A stretch of DNA of 64,000 bases, taken from a bacterium (GTDB lineage: Bacteria > Electryoneota > Electryoneia > Electryoneales > Electryoneaceae). Made by a program: the position numbers and the translations under genes. This document shows positions 40,507 to 49,868 of this stretch, in pieces (the first letter of the stretch is position 1; every line of letters begins with the position of its first letter). The DNA lies in assembly GCA_963675295.2 (NCBI GenBank), contig CAXXKJ010000002.1, positions 1,728,001 through 1,792,000 on the forward strand, given 5' to 3'. The notes under the pieces are model-generated. The model saw only the letters and a list, made by a program, of their open reading frames with translations. It did not search any database and had not been told where the DNA came from.

Positions 40507-40722
40507 GGGTTGCCACGTATCAGGTTCGTTTAATCGCCTCAAGGTACATCATCGCCGGAGCGCGAACAACCACGCAAGTTGAATTCAGCGCCTCGTGATG
40601 TCCGCAAAGGCAGTAAGGACAGGCTGTTGCCGTGCGAGCAATTCTCAGGGAGAAGGTTGGAAAAGCTATTGACTTTGGTCCGGACTAACACGAAATTAGC
40701 AGTCTGTTATCAATGAGAAGTT

Positions 40723-40830
40723 TGCCGGGAATTGGTTGCGGGATTTGGCCGTTTCGCGCGGGTGCGGCGGTCCCAGTTCGAGTATGCAACAGTGAATGTT
40801 CCCTCCTCAACGCCTCGCAGCGTCCCGGCA
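40723..40830 (+). other. Candidate structured 5' leader RNA upstream of the NYN gene
   Basis: Closing stem TGCCGGGA/TCCCGGCA with nested stems; a TTGACT -35-like box lies at 40669. No known family recognised. Confidence 0.35.
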
Positions 40831-40865
40831 TACGCACCGGTAAGAGGAAAAGCGAGGTAAAACGG

Positions 40866-41438
40866 ATGAAGCGAGTCGCGGTATTCATCGACGGCAGCAA
40901 TTTCTACAACGGTCTGCGCGACAACGTGGGCCGGATGGACGTCGATTTCCACCAGTTCGGCAAGACGCTGGCGGAAAAGACGGGCGGAGAATTGCTGCGC
41001 ATTTATTACTACAATGCGAAGGTGGATCCGGAGTTTGATCCGGATAACTATGAAAAGCAACAGCGCTTCATAACCCACCTTGCGCACACCCAGTACCTGA
41101 CCCTCCGTCTTGGCAAGCTGGTGTATTACCAGGTGCGCGGCGAGGATGCCACCCGCAAGCATTATGCGGTGGAAAAAGGACTGGATGTGAAGCTGGCGAT
41201 CGACCTCGTTCGTCTCGCGGTCAACCGTGCCTGCGAAGTCGCGGTGATTGTTTCCGGCGACAAGGACCTGGCCGAAGTGGTCGAGTACGGCAAGGAGATG
41301 GGCCTCGAAGTGGTGAGCGCGTTCTTCCCACGTGGCCTCTCCGAACAGCTGGCGACCAAGGCCGATCGAGTGATCTACTTCAACGAGGAAATGTTGAACG
41401 AGATCTTCATCGGCAACCAGCAGCAGGAAGGCGAGTAA
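40866..41438 (+). CDS. NYN domain (LabA/DUF88, PIN-like) protein
   Basis: VFIDGSNFY, RIYYY, EKGLDVKLAID, IVSGDKDL, SEQL...AD; start ATG 40866 after GAGG. Confidence 0.92.
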   Translation: MKRVAVFIDGSNFYNGLRDNVGRMDVDFHQFGKTLAEKTGGELLRIYYYNAKVDPEFDPDNYEKQQRFITHLAHTQYLTLRLGKLVYYQVRGEDATRKHYAVEKGLDVKLAIDLVRLAVNRACEVAVIVSGDKDLAEVVEYGKEMGLEVVSAFFPRGLSEQLATKADRVIYFNEEMLNEIFIGNQQQEGE

Positions 41439-41464
41439 TCGCCACCAGGTTTTCATGTACATTC

Positions 41465-41491
41465 AAGCGCCCCGGCAGAGGGGCGCTTTTT
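41465..41491 (+). terminator. Rho-independent terminator after the NYN gene
   Basis: AAGCGCCCC-ggcaga-GGGGCGCTT-TTT. Confidence 0.8.
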
Positions 41492-41558
41492 CGTTTCAGC
41501 GATCATGTCCCACACATGCATGTCTGGGATGATCGGAAGGTGAACCCGGCAGGACTCG

Positions 41559-42770
41559 ATGCCAGATAAATCCACCGACATTCGTCTCGCGTACGTCAGC
41601 CAGATCCGCTGGCCGTCGGAGATTCCGGCGGGACCGTTCAACGCGAATTTCGTCACCGCGATCGCGCGTGCCGGGGCGGAGGTGGATTTCATCGTCCGGT
41701 CATCCAATCACCCCCGCGCGAAGGAGTATACCGACCCGCTGGATGTCCTGCGCCGGGAGTACGGTCATGATGTCCCGCCCGGTCTGCGCATCCACGTCAT
41801 CCCCACACCCGGCTGGCAGCCGGCGTCCGATCCGTGGCTCTATTTCACCCGTTCCGGGTGGCTGTTGAAACGGCTGCAGCGTGAACACGGGGTCAACTGC
41901 GTCATGTCGCGGGACACACGCGCGCTGCCTCACCTCGCTCGCTGGCGGAAACGTGGCCTGGTCGCGGTTCATGACACGCACAACTTTTACATGGAACCGT
42001 CAGCGCGGGATGATGCGGGAAGTGGCCGCAAATGGAAAGAATACCCGCGCTTCGAACGCACCTACCTGCCGCGGCTGGACGGCGTATTGCCGTTGCTCGA
42101 GGTGCAGGCCGAGTGGTACCGCAAGCATCTCGAGGTGCCGGTACGGGCGATCCACCCGGGGCTGAACGAAACCCATCCGCCGGACCCGTCCCGGTTCGAC
42201 CACAAAACCGTCGGCTATGTCGGCACGCTCAGCGGTATCAAGGGTTCGATGGATGTGCTGGAAGCGTTCCAGGCGCTCCAGCGGGACGATGTCAAGCTGG
42301 TCCTGATCGGCGGACGCGGGCAGGCGGAAACCGATTCGATGCGGCAACGCATCGAATCGCTGGGTTTGACCGGTCGGGTAGAGGTGACCGGCTGGTTGCC
42401 AGTACCGGAGATGGCTGCGCGGTTGCAGCAGGTGTCGGTGGCGCTGCTGCCGCTGACCGGCACGTTCTACAACCGCTACCTCACCGCTCCGTCCAAGCTG
42501 TTCGACTACCTCTCGCAGGCGGTGCCGGTGATCGCGTCCGACCTGCCGGCAGTGCGTGAACTGGCGGGCGACGCGGCTTTGTACGTCAAGCCAGGAGATC
42601 GCGCGGAGCTGACCACCGCGATGGCGAAATTGCTCGGTGATCGTGACGACTACAACCGGCTGGCTGAAACCGCGCATGCCCAGGCGCAGACGTTACACTG
42701 GGACCGCCGCGGCGAGGGCACGGTTGAGTTTCTCAGCGACCTGCTGGCACGACGTGCCCGGACCCTGTGA
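41559..42770 (+). CDS. Glycosyltransferase family 4
   Basis: GYVGTLSGIKG, VEVTGWLP, APSKLFDYLSQAVPVIASDLP. Confidence 0.88.
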   Translation: MPDKSTDIRLAYVSQIRWPSEIPAGPFNANFVTAIARAGAEVDFIVRSSNHPRAKEYTDPLDVLRREYGHDVPPGLRIHVIPTPGWQPASDPWLYFTRSGWLLKRLQREHGVNCVMSRDTRALPHLARWRKRGLVAVHDTHNFYMEPSARDDAGSGRKWKEYPRFERTYLPRLDGVLPLLEVQAEWYRKHLEVPVRAIHPGLNETHPPDPSRFDHKTVGYVGTLSGIKGSMDVLEAFQALQRDDVKLVLIGGRGQAETDSMRQRIESLGLTGRVEVTGWLPVPEMAARLQQVSVALLPLTGTFYNRYLTAPSKLFDYLSQAVPVIASDLPAVRELAGDAALYVKPGDRAELTTAMAKLLGDRDDYNRLAETAHAQAQTLHWDRRGEGTVEFLSDLLARRARTL

Positions 42771-42844
42771 GCGAATCGCTTGCGCGGCGCTCGTTCGAGG
42801 CGCTAGAATGGCAGAACCCAGTCCCATCAACGAGTTGGCGGGTG

Positions 42845-43333
42845 ATGAACGATCCATCCACGCAGGACGGCGATTTTCTCGATACCGTGTTGACCGCGTT
42901 GGCGAACCCGTTGCGGCGGTCGCTGGTGGAACGGCTGACCGAACGTGACATTACCGTCGGCGAGCTGGCGGAGGGTGCCGGTGTCAGCATGCCGTCGATC
43001 TCGCGTCACCTGCGTGTGCTGGAAAAAGCGGAGCTGATCGTACGGATCAAGCGAGGCCGCAACCACCTCATCTCGTTGCAGCAGGAACCCCTCGAACAAG
43101 TCGTGCAGTGGTTGTCGAAGCTCGGCAAACGGGTGCCGTTGCCGGATGATTCCCGGACTGTCTTCCTGTTCGGCTCGGAAGCGGAACCTGAGACTGAGCT
43201 GGCGCACACAACCCCGCAACTCCAGCCTGAACCGGAAAAAGCGGTAGCCGATGAACCAGTATCCGAACCCGATCCCCTTGACCTCAGCCCGGACAGTCTC
43301 TCCGATCTCGTAAAGCGGTTGAAACGCGGTTGA
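42845..43333 (+). CDS. ArsR/SmtB family transcriptional regulator
   Basis: ALANPLRRSLVERL, TVGELA, SMPSISRHLRVLEKAELI..KRGR; start uncertain (42767 or 42845). Confidence 0.85.
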   Translation: MNDPSTQDGDFLDTVLTALANPLRRSLVERLTERDITVGELAEGAGVSMPSISRHLRVLEKAELIVRIKRGRNHLISLQQEPLEQVVQWLSKLGKRVPLPDDSRTVFLFGSEAEPETELAHTTPQLQPEPEKAVADEPVSEPDPLDLSPDSLSDLVKRLKRG

Positions 43334-43466
43334 CGAATCTCCGCAACTTTTGCCCCGTCCCTGCATCCTACCAGAGTCGTTACGGCATTAAACCGGGCCG
43401 TTCTCGCGAGTCTTGCGGTCGCCCGGAGGTCGGCAATGCTGAGCCGTGTTTCCTATCTTCCAAGCC

Positions 43467-44141
43467 ATGAACAACGAACAGGAAGACAGGGCGTCGGCGG
43501 CAGCCACGGTGGACGATCCGGTTGCGGCGGAACGAGCGGCGGAGCGTGCGGCGGAGGCGGCGCTGATCGAAAAGGCGTTGGCCGGGGATGTGACCGCACG
43601 GACGCAGATCGTGCTCGATCATCGTGACAACGTGTACAACCTCGGGCTGAAGTTGACGGGGAACGCGGACGAAGCGGAGAGCATCCTGCAGGAAACGTTC
43701 CTCACGGTGTTTGAGAAGCTTGATCGGTTCCGTGGTGACAGCAAGCTGGGCACGTGGATTCACCGGATCGCGACCAATGCGGCGCTGATGCGGATGCGGT
43801 CCCGAAAAGGCAAGTATTTCGTGCAGATCGCGGATGACGCGAACGATGACAGCGAGAGCGTGGAAAATTTCCATGTGCTGCCGTCGCTGGACATGAATCC
43901 GCTCGAGATGACGCTGAACGATGAACTGGCGGTGAAGTTGAACGAGGCGATTACCTCGTTGCCACCGCACTTGCGAACGGCGTTCGTGCTGAAAGATCTG
44001 GAAGGACTGTCGATGGCGGAAATTGCCGAGCAGGTGGACAAAACCGTGTCGGCGGTCAAAGCTGACCTGCACCGTGCCCGGGTGAAGTTGCGGGAGAAGT
44101 TGGCGGAGTTTGTGGAAGGGTATCAACGTGGATCCGAGTGA
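43467..44141 (+). CDS. ECF RNA polymerase sigma factor
   Basis: Region 2 DEAESILQETF...FRGDSKLGTWIHRIATN; region 4 FVLKDLEGLSMAEIAE...VKADLHRAR. Confidence 0.92.
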   Translation: MNNEQEDRASAAATVDDPVAAERAAERAAEAALIEKALAGDVTARTQIVLDHRDNVYNLGLKLTGNADEAESILQETFLTVFEKLDRFRGDSKLGTWIHRIATNAALMRMRSRKGKYFVQIADDANDDSESVENFHVLPSLDMNPLEMTLNDELAVKLNEAITSLPPHLRTAFVLKDLEGLSMAEIAEQVDKTVSAVKADLHRARVKLREKLAEFVEGYQRGSE

Positions 44142-44436
44142 TAAAAAACTGCTGACCGCGGAACAGCTGTGCGACATCCTTGAGGTGTATCTCGGCCGTG
44201 AACGCGGACGTGCGGAGTGCCACCGTCTGATTGACAAGATGAAAGACGACCCGATGTGGCGGGCGGAGATGGATACGCTTGGCACGACGGTGCGTGTGTT
44301 CCAGAAGGTGCCGTGCGAGAAGACACCGGATGATGTCTGCTTCCGTCTGATGCAGGCGTTGAACCTGGCGGGTCAGGCCGGCGACGTGGAAGAATTCAAA
44401 GACAAATCAACTCCCGACGAGGACCTGCCGGCGTGA
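44128..44436 (+). CDS. Probable soluble anti-sigma factor (degenerate zf-HC2-like)
   Basis: Overlaps the end of the sigma gene; LCDILEVYL..E....C..L pattern and TLGTTVRVF helix resemble ZAS proteins. Confidence 0.6.
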   Translation: MDPSDKKLLTAEQLCDILEVYLGRERGRAECHRLIDKMKDDPMWRAEMDTLGTTVRVFQKVPCEKTPDDVCFRLMQALNLAGQAGDVEEFKDKSTPDEDLPA

Positions 44437-44651
44437 AAAATCGAGTTTCCATGCTGATTCATGCCGCGGGAGTGCTTCTCGGTGGTTTTCTTGGCTGGTT
44501 GTATTGGTACAAGGTGGGCTGTGTCAACGGGACGTGCATGATCTGGGCGAATCCGTGGATTGCCACTAGCTACGGCGCGTTGCTCGGCTTCTTCGTCTCT
44601 GGTTTGATCCCGGTGAAGAAGAAGGAACAGGCCGCCGTGTCCGAAGAATAG
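44433..44651 (+). CDS. Small membrane protein, DUF6132-like
   Basis: GGFLGWLYWYKVGCVNGTCMIWANPW...YGALLG. Confidence 0.8.
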   Translation: MKNRVSMLIHAAGVLLGGFLGWLYWYKVGCVNGTCMIWANPWIATSYGALLGFFVSGLIPVKKKEQAAVSEE

Positions 44652-44825
44652 CAGCGTTTTGCAACGACCTGTTCCAGCCGTTCTCCCAATTCGGGCAGTG
44701 CGGCTGTTCTTGTTTCAACGAGTCGCGTCGGGTCTCGCGGAACCCACACACAACACATCCCAACCCCCGCGTGAATCCTGAATCCGTACATTCCCCGGCA
44801 CCCGAACACAAACGGTTACACGACC

Positions 44826-46298
44826 ATGATTGAATCCCTGCTCGACACGTTGGCCACCCCTGGCCGCGAACGAGAAATTTTCTGCAACCGCACGTTGAAC
44901 CTGCGGTCTATCCGTGCCATCGGCTACGACATGGATTACACGTTGATCCATTACAACACGGACGCGTGGGAACGGCGGGCGTATGAGTTCGTCAAGGCGA
45001 AGCTGGCCGACCGTGGCTGGCCGGTGAAAGGGTTGGAATACCAGCCGGATTCGGTGATCCGTGGCCTGATGATCGACAAGGAATGCGGCAACATTATCAT
45101 GGTCAACCGCTTCGGGTACGTCAAGCAGGCGAGCCACGGTTCGCGCATGCTGCCGTACGACGAGCAACGACGGATCTATTCTCGCACCGTGGTCGATTTC
45201 AAATCCGGTCGCTACGTTTTCCTCAACACGCTGTTCTCGATGTCGGAAGCGTGCATGTTCGCGCAGATGGTGGACAAGCTGGACGCCGGCGAGATCAAGG
45301 AAGTAATGGGGTACGAGGACTTGCACCGCACGGTCCATCGGGCGCTGGACGAAAGCCACGCCGAGGGCATGCTCAAGGAAGCGATCCTCGCCGAACCGGA
45401 AGCGTACATCGATCACGACCCGGACACGGTACGCGCCCTGCGCGACCAGCGGCTGGCGGGCAAGAAGCTGGTGCTGATCACCAATTCCGACTGGAGCTAC
45501 ACCCGCCGTGTGATGGAGGCGGCGTTCGACAAGCAGATGCCGCAGGGTCAAACCTGGCGCGACCTGTTCGACCTGGTGATTGTCTCGTCACGGAAGCCAT
45601 CATTCTTCGACAGCTCGAATCCGGCGTTTGAGGTGGTGCAGGACGAGGAAGGCCTGCTTAGCCCGGTGGGGATCAAGGGGCTGGAAGAAGGCAAGGTGTA
45701 TGTTGGCGGGAACGCGCGTCTGGTCGAGAACCTGTATGGGATCGCGGGCGAGCAGATTCTCTACGTTGGCGACCACATGTACGCGGACGTGCAGGTGTCG
45801 AAGAACCTGCTGCGTTGGCGGACAGCATTGATTCTCCGTGAGCTGGAACCGGAGATCCGCGCCCTCGCCGAGTTCAAGGAGGATCAATCTGAATTGACCC
45901 AGTTGATGCTGGAGAAGGAAGAGGTAGAAACGCGGTTCAACCGGCTGCGTCTCATCTACCAGCGGATGCAGGATGAGGGCACGCCGGACAAGGATCTCAA
46001 CACGCTCGCCGATGAACTGGACAAGCTGCGCCGCGCGTTGACCCGGCAGGACAAGCAGATCGGACCGATGGCACAGGCATACGGCACGTTGAGCAATCCC
46101 AACTGGGGGCTGGTGATGCGTGCCGGCAACGACAAGAGCCTGCTCGCGCGACAGGTGGAGGGCTACGCCGATATCTACATGTCCCGCGTCAGCAATTTCC
46201 TCTACGCGACGCCGTATGCGTACCTGCGGTCGAAGCGCAGCACGTTGCCGCATGACCGTGAGGACGCGTCCCTGAGCGAGATGGGCGAATCGAACTGA
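44826..46298 (+). CDS. HAD-IG family (cN-II-like) 5'-nucleotidase
   Basis: IFCNRTLNL, GYDMDYTLIHY, LITNSDWSY, RKPSFF, YVGDHMYADV, YADIYMSRVSN. Confidence 0.92.
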   Translation: MIESLLDTLATPGREREIFCNRTLNLRSIRAIGYDMDYTLIHYNTDAWERRAYEFVKAKLADRGWPVKGLEYQPDSVIRGLMIDKECGNIIMVNRFGYVKQASHGSRMLPYDEQRRIYSRTVVDFKSGRYVFLNTLFSMSEACMFAQMVDKLDAGEIKEVMGYEDLHRTVHRALDESHAEGMLKEAILAEPEAYIDHDPDTVRALRDQRLAGKKLVLITNSDWSYTRRVMEAAFDKQMPQGQTWRDLFDLVIVSSRKPSFFDSSNPAFEVVQDEEGLLSPVGIKGLEEGKVYVGGNARLVENLYGIAGEQILYVGDHMYADVQVSKNLLRWRTALILRELEPEIRALAEFKEDQSELTQLMLEKEEVETRFNRLRLIYQRMQDEGTPDKDLNTLADELDKLRRALTRQDKQIGPMAQAYGTLSNPNWGLVMRAGNDKSLLARQVEGYADIYMSRVSNFLYATPYAYLRSKRSTLPHDREDASLSEMGESN

Positions 46299-46317
46299 TC
46301 CGTGGACAGGCGGAGCG

Positions 46318-46344
46318 TCCGCGTTTGCAAGCAAACACGGGCAC
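46318..46344. repeat. REP-like hairpin, copy 4
   Basis: TCCGCGT-TTGC-AA-GCAA-ACACGGGCAC. Confidence 0.75.
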
Positions 46345-46395
46345 GTTTAGTTTCAAACCCTTGGCCAGTAACACGGGTACGATTCGTTTCGAAGT

Positions 46396-46437
46396 CCATA
46401 GCCAGGGCCACAGACATATCCATAGCCATAACCGTAG
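46396..46437. repeat. Hexamer tandem tract (CCATAG-like x7)
   Basis: ccatag ccaggg ccacag acatat ccatag ccataa ccgtag, upstream of ftsY. Confidence 0.6.
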
Positions 46438-46467
46438 CATACATAGCCCATAGCCTGATAGACGACG

Positions 46468-47490
46468 ATGAACTTTTTCAAGAAGATCAAGGAAGGCCTT
46501 TCCAAGACCCGTCAATCGCTGGTCGGTTCGATCCGCGAGGTGGTCGGTGAGGCGAAGCTGGACGAAGAGGCGCTCGAGGATCTCGAGGAAGTGCTGATTT
46601 CGGCCGATCTCGGTGTGGAAACATCCGGCCAGCTGGCCGATCGCATGCGCAAGCGCGCGTTGCGGGAGGCGATGACCGGCGACGACGTGCTCAAGGCGTT
46701 GCGTGAAGAGCTGGCGGAGTTGATCGACGAGACCAAGCTCGGCGGGGATGCCTACAAACCTCGCGACGCGTCGGAGGTGGACGGACCGTATGTCACCTTC
46801 GTGGTCGGTGTTAACGGCACCGGCAAGACGACCAGTATCGGCAAACTGGCCGCACGGTATGCGGAAGCGGGCCGCAAGACTCTGATCATTGCGGCAGACA
46901 CCTTCCGTAGCGCGGCAGTGGAACAGGTTGCGATCTGGGCGGAACGGGCGAACGTTGAGTTGGTACGTGGCGCTACCGGCGCTGACCCGGCCAGCGTGGT
47001 TTATGACGGTCTGGAAGCCGCCAAGGCGCGTGGGATTGAACGGGTGCTGGTCGACACGGCGGGACGTCTGCACACCAAGACCAACCTGATGGCGGAGCTC
47101 GAGAAGATCGACCGTGTCGCGAAGAAGGTGATCCCGGACGCGCCGCATGATGTGTTGCTCGTGCTCGATGGTACCACCGGCCAGAACGGGTTGGCGCAGG
47201 CGAAGAAATTCCGCGAGAGTATCGGTGTCAGCGCGTTGATCGTGACCAAGCTCGACGGCACGGCGAAGGGCGGCATGCTGGTACCGATCGTGCGCGAGTT
47301 GAACATTCCGGTACGTTGGATCGGTGTCGGGGAGCAGATTGACGACCTCGTGCCGTTCAAGGCGGAGTTGATTGTGGACGCTGTCTTCGGCGAGGAAGAA
47401 ACCGGCTTCCTGCAGGGATCACTCGAAGAAGCGGCCAAGCGTGCGGAAGAGGCGAAGACTGACTGGTCCGATTTCGATGCGATCCCGTGA
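46468..47490 (+). CDS. ftsY: Signal recognition particle receptor FtsY
   Basis: GVNGTGKTTSIGKLA, DTFRSAA, DTAGRLHTK, TKLDGTAKGG, GVGEQIDDL. Confidence 0.97.
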   Translation: MNFFKKIKEGLSKTRQSLVGSIREVVGEAKLDEEALEDLEEVLISADLGVETSGQLADRMRKRALREAMTGDDVLKALREELAELIDETKLGGDAYKPRDASEVDGPYVTFVVGVNGTGKTTSIGKLAARYAEAGRKTLIIAADTFRSAAVEQVAIWAERANVELVRGATGADPASVVYDGLEAAKARGIERVLVDTAGRLHTKTNLMAELEKIDRVAKKVIPDAPHDVLLVLDGTTGQNGLAQAKKFRESIGVSALIVTKLDGTAKGGMLVPIVRELNIPVRWIGVGEQIDDLVPFKAELIVDAVFGEEETGFLQGSLEEAAKRAEEAKTDWSDFDAIP

Positions 47491-47588
47491 GTTGGCAACA
47501 TTTTCATCAACGGGCGAGTATGCTAACCGTACGGGTGATACATTACCCGGTTGAACGTGTACCTGCACACCTCCCCGGGAGTTCGGCA

Positions 47589-48857
47589 ATGCGCAGAAGT
47601 GTGATTTTGAGCACGGTGATCCTGTTTGTCCTGCTGGCGAACCTGGCGTTCGCGCAGCCGGCAATGATGCGCCAGTATCGTGAGATCGGCCTGCCACGAT
47701 TTGATGTCAACGCGATTTCCTTGTTGTCCGACCAACCGGAACGCACCCGTGTCATCGCGTACATCGAGCTGCCCTACGAAAACCTGCAGTTTGTCCGTTC
47801 TTCCCGCGGCTATGAGGCGAATTACGAAGTCGACATGTCGATTCTCGCCGGACCGACCGACAGCAGCCCGCGTGTCGAGAACAAAATCTGGCGATCAACA
47901 GTGATCGTGCCGACCTTCGAGCAAACCAACAGCCGCGAACTGTTCGACATCAGCGAGACCACGATCATCCTCGATCCGGCAAATTATACGATGATCGCCA
48001 CGGTCACCGACCTCGAAACCCGCAAACAGTTCCAGGTTTCCCGAACGTTGATGGTGCCGAGCTACGATCTTGGTGGGCTGTCGATGGGGGACTTGCTGCT
48101 CGCGCGTGAAGTGGTCAAGACGCCCAGTGGAGCGTACGAGATCGTACCGAATGTCGACCGTGTGATTGCCGGTGAAGATGAGAAGCTGTTTGTCTACTAC
48201 GAAGTCTACCCGACAGTTTCCGACACGATGCACGTGCATTCCCGCGTGCTCGACCGCAACGGTGATCTGGTTTTTGAGCAACGGCGCACGGTGGACGTGG
48301 AAAAGCCGGTGACTCGAGATTTCTTCGAGATTCCGACGGCCAAGCTTGGAGTCGGTAGTCACGTGGTGGAAATGCAGGTCCGCACGGAAGACTATTCCAC
48401 GCTCAAGGCCGCTGAATTCCAGGTGCGGTTGACGGGATTGCCGTCCACAGTGCAGAACATGGAAACAGCGATTCGGCAGATGCGGTATGTCGCCCGTAAC
48501 CGTGAGGTGGAGCGGATGCTGAACGCGTCTTCGCACGAGCGCCAGATCCTGTTCCACGATTTCTGGAAAAAGATGGACCCGTCTCCAGACACTCCGCAGA
48601 ACGAGTTGATGGAGGAATACTACGCGCGGATCCATGAAGCCAGTGCTGCGTTTGGCGGCATGCGTGACGGCTGGGAAACCGATCGCGGCGAGGTGTATGT
48701 GCGTTATGGTCCGCCGGACGAGGTGGAACGTCATCCTTTCGAGGTGGATTCCCGTCCCTACGAAATCTGGTACTACTACGACGGCCAGAAACGGTTCGTT
48801 TTTGTGGACGAACTCGGCTACGGCGAATACCGGCTGGTGAGCAACCTGTGGCAGTAA
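47589..48857 (+). CDS. GWxTD domain-containing protein
   Basis: Signal peptide; FWKKMDPSPDTPQNE, GWETDRGEVYVRYGPPD, PYEIWYY. Confidence 0.9.
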   Translation: MRRSVILSTVILFVLLANLAFAQPAMMRQYREIGLPRFDVNAISLLSDQPERTRVIAYIELPYENLQFVRSSRGYEANYEVDMSILAGPTDSSPRVENKIWRSTVIVPTFEQTNSRELFDISETTIILDPANYTMIATVTDLETRKQFQVSRTLMVPSYDLGGLSMGDLLLAREVVKTPSGAYEIVPNVDRVIAGEDEKLFVYYEVYPTVSDTMHVHSRVLDRNGDLVFEQRRTVDVEKPVTRDFFEIPTAKLGVGSHVVEMQVRTEDYSTLKAAEFQVRLTGLPSTVQNMETAIRQMRYVARNREVERMLNASSHERQILFHDFWKKMDPSPDTPQNELMEEYYARIHEASAAFGGMRDGWETDRGEVYVRYGPPDEVERHPFEVDSRPYEIWYYYDGQKRFVFVDELGYGEYRLVSNLWQ

Positions 48858-49807
48858 CTCCCTTACCGCTGAAAGCTCGCGGACGCATCGCGGTCGTTTC
48901 GCCTGCTGGACCGGTGGGTGAAGATGAAACCCGGCGTGGGGTAGAGTATTTCGAGGGATTGGGCTACAACGTTGACCTGTTGCCGCATGCGCTGACCACC
49001 GGCGACCGTCCCTACCTCGCGGCGTCGGACGCCGATCGTGCCGAAGACATCGAACTGGCCCTCACCGAGAACAAGTACGACGCCGTGATCTGCACCCGCG
49101 GTGGGTATGGATCCATGCGTTTGCTGCCGTACCTCAACCTGCACAAGATCCGCAAACAGGTGAAAAGGAAACCATTTGTTGGGTTTTCCGACATCAGCGT
49201 GCTGCAGAGTGTGCTCTGGGAACGTTGCGAGCTGATCACCTTTTCCGGCCCGCAATTGACGCGCGGGTTCGGTGGCGAGGATCGCGGCGACGGATTCGGC
49301 GGAGTGGACACATTCAGCGGCCAATTCTTCTTCGACATGCTCAATGGCAATCTGTGGGGCAAGGTGTTGCCGTTGCCGGATGGCGCAGAATTACGTGTCC
49401 TCCGCGACGGGATGAATCCGCTCGGACGACTGCTTGGCGGCAACCTGGCGGTTCTGGCGGCACTCTGCGGCACCGGCTGGCAGCCCAGCTTCGCGGGCGG
49501 GATTGCGGTAGTGGAAGAGATCGACGAGCCGCTCTATCGCATCGACCGCATGATCACCCAGCTCGCGCAGGCCGGAGTGTTCAAGGGTGCACGCGGGATT
49601 CTGCTCGGACGGTTCACACAGCATGTCAACGGCGAACGGGTCGAGCATGACGAACAGGTGGCGGAGATCGTGCTGGACGCCGTGCCCGACATTCCAGTGG
49701 TGCTCGGTGCGCCGTACGGGCATGTCGGGCCAACGTGGACCCTGCCCATCGGTGCGGACGCGACCCTCGACCTGAAGCAACGAACCCTGACGGTGGAAAA
49801 GGAATAA
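48848..49807 (+). CDS. LD-carboxypeptidase (S66 family)
   Basis: IAVVSPAG, CTRGGYGSMRLL, GFSDIS, GGNL, EEIDEP, GH motif. Confidence 0.9.
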   Translation: MAVTPLPLKARGRIAVVSPAGPVGEDETRRGVEYFEGLGYNVDLLPHALTTGDRPYLAASDADRAEDIELALTENKYDAVICTRGGYGSMRLLPYLNLHKIRKQVKRKPFVGFSDISVLQSVLWERCELITFSGPQLTRGFGGEDRGDGFGGVDTFSGQFFFDMLNGNLWGKVLPLPDGAELRVLRDGMNPLGRLLGGNLAVLAALCGTGWQPSFAGGIAVVEEIDEPLYRIDRMITQLAQAGVFKGARGILLGRFTQHVNGERVEHDEQVAEIVLDAVPDIPVVLGAPYGHVGPTWTLPIGADATLDLKQRTLTVEKE

Positions 49808-49868
49808 TGAACCGCCGTCTTGCCCGCGTTGGCTCTGCCAACGCAGTTACTCAAGCTGAGGTTAATCA

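Noticed and set aside
39176-40582. 468-aa plus-strand ORF
   Set aside because: Antisense shadow of the SSS and EIIA genes.
40740-40810. tRNA gene (GTTCGAGT T-loop-like motif)
   Set aside because: The flanks do not form a T stem; no acceptor/anticodon cloverleaf or CCA end.
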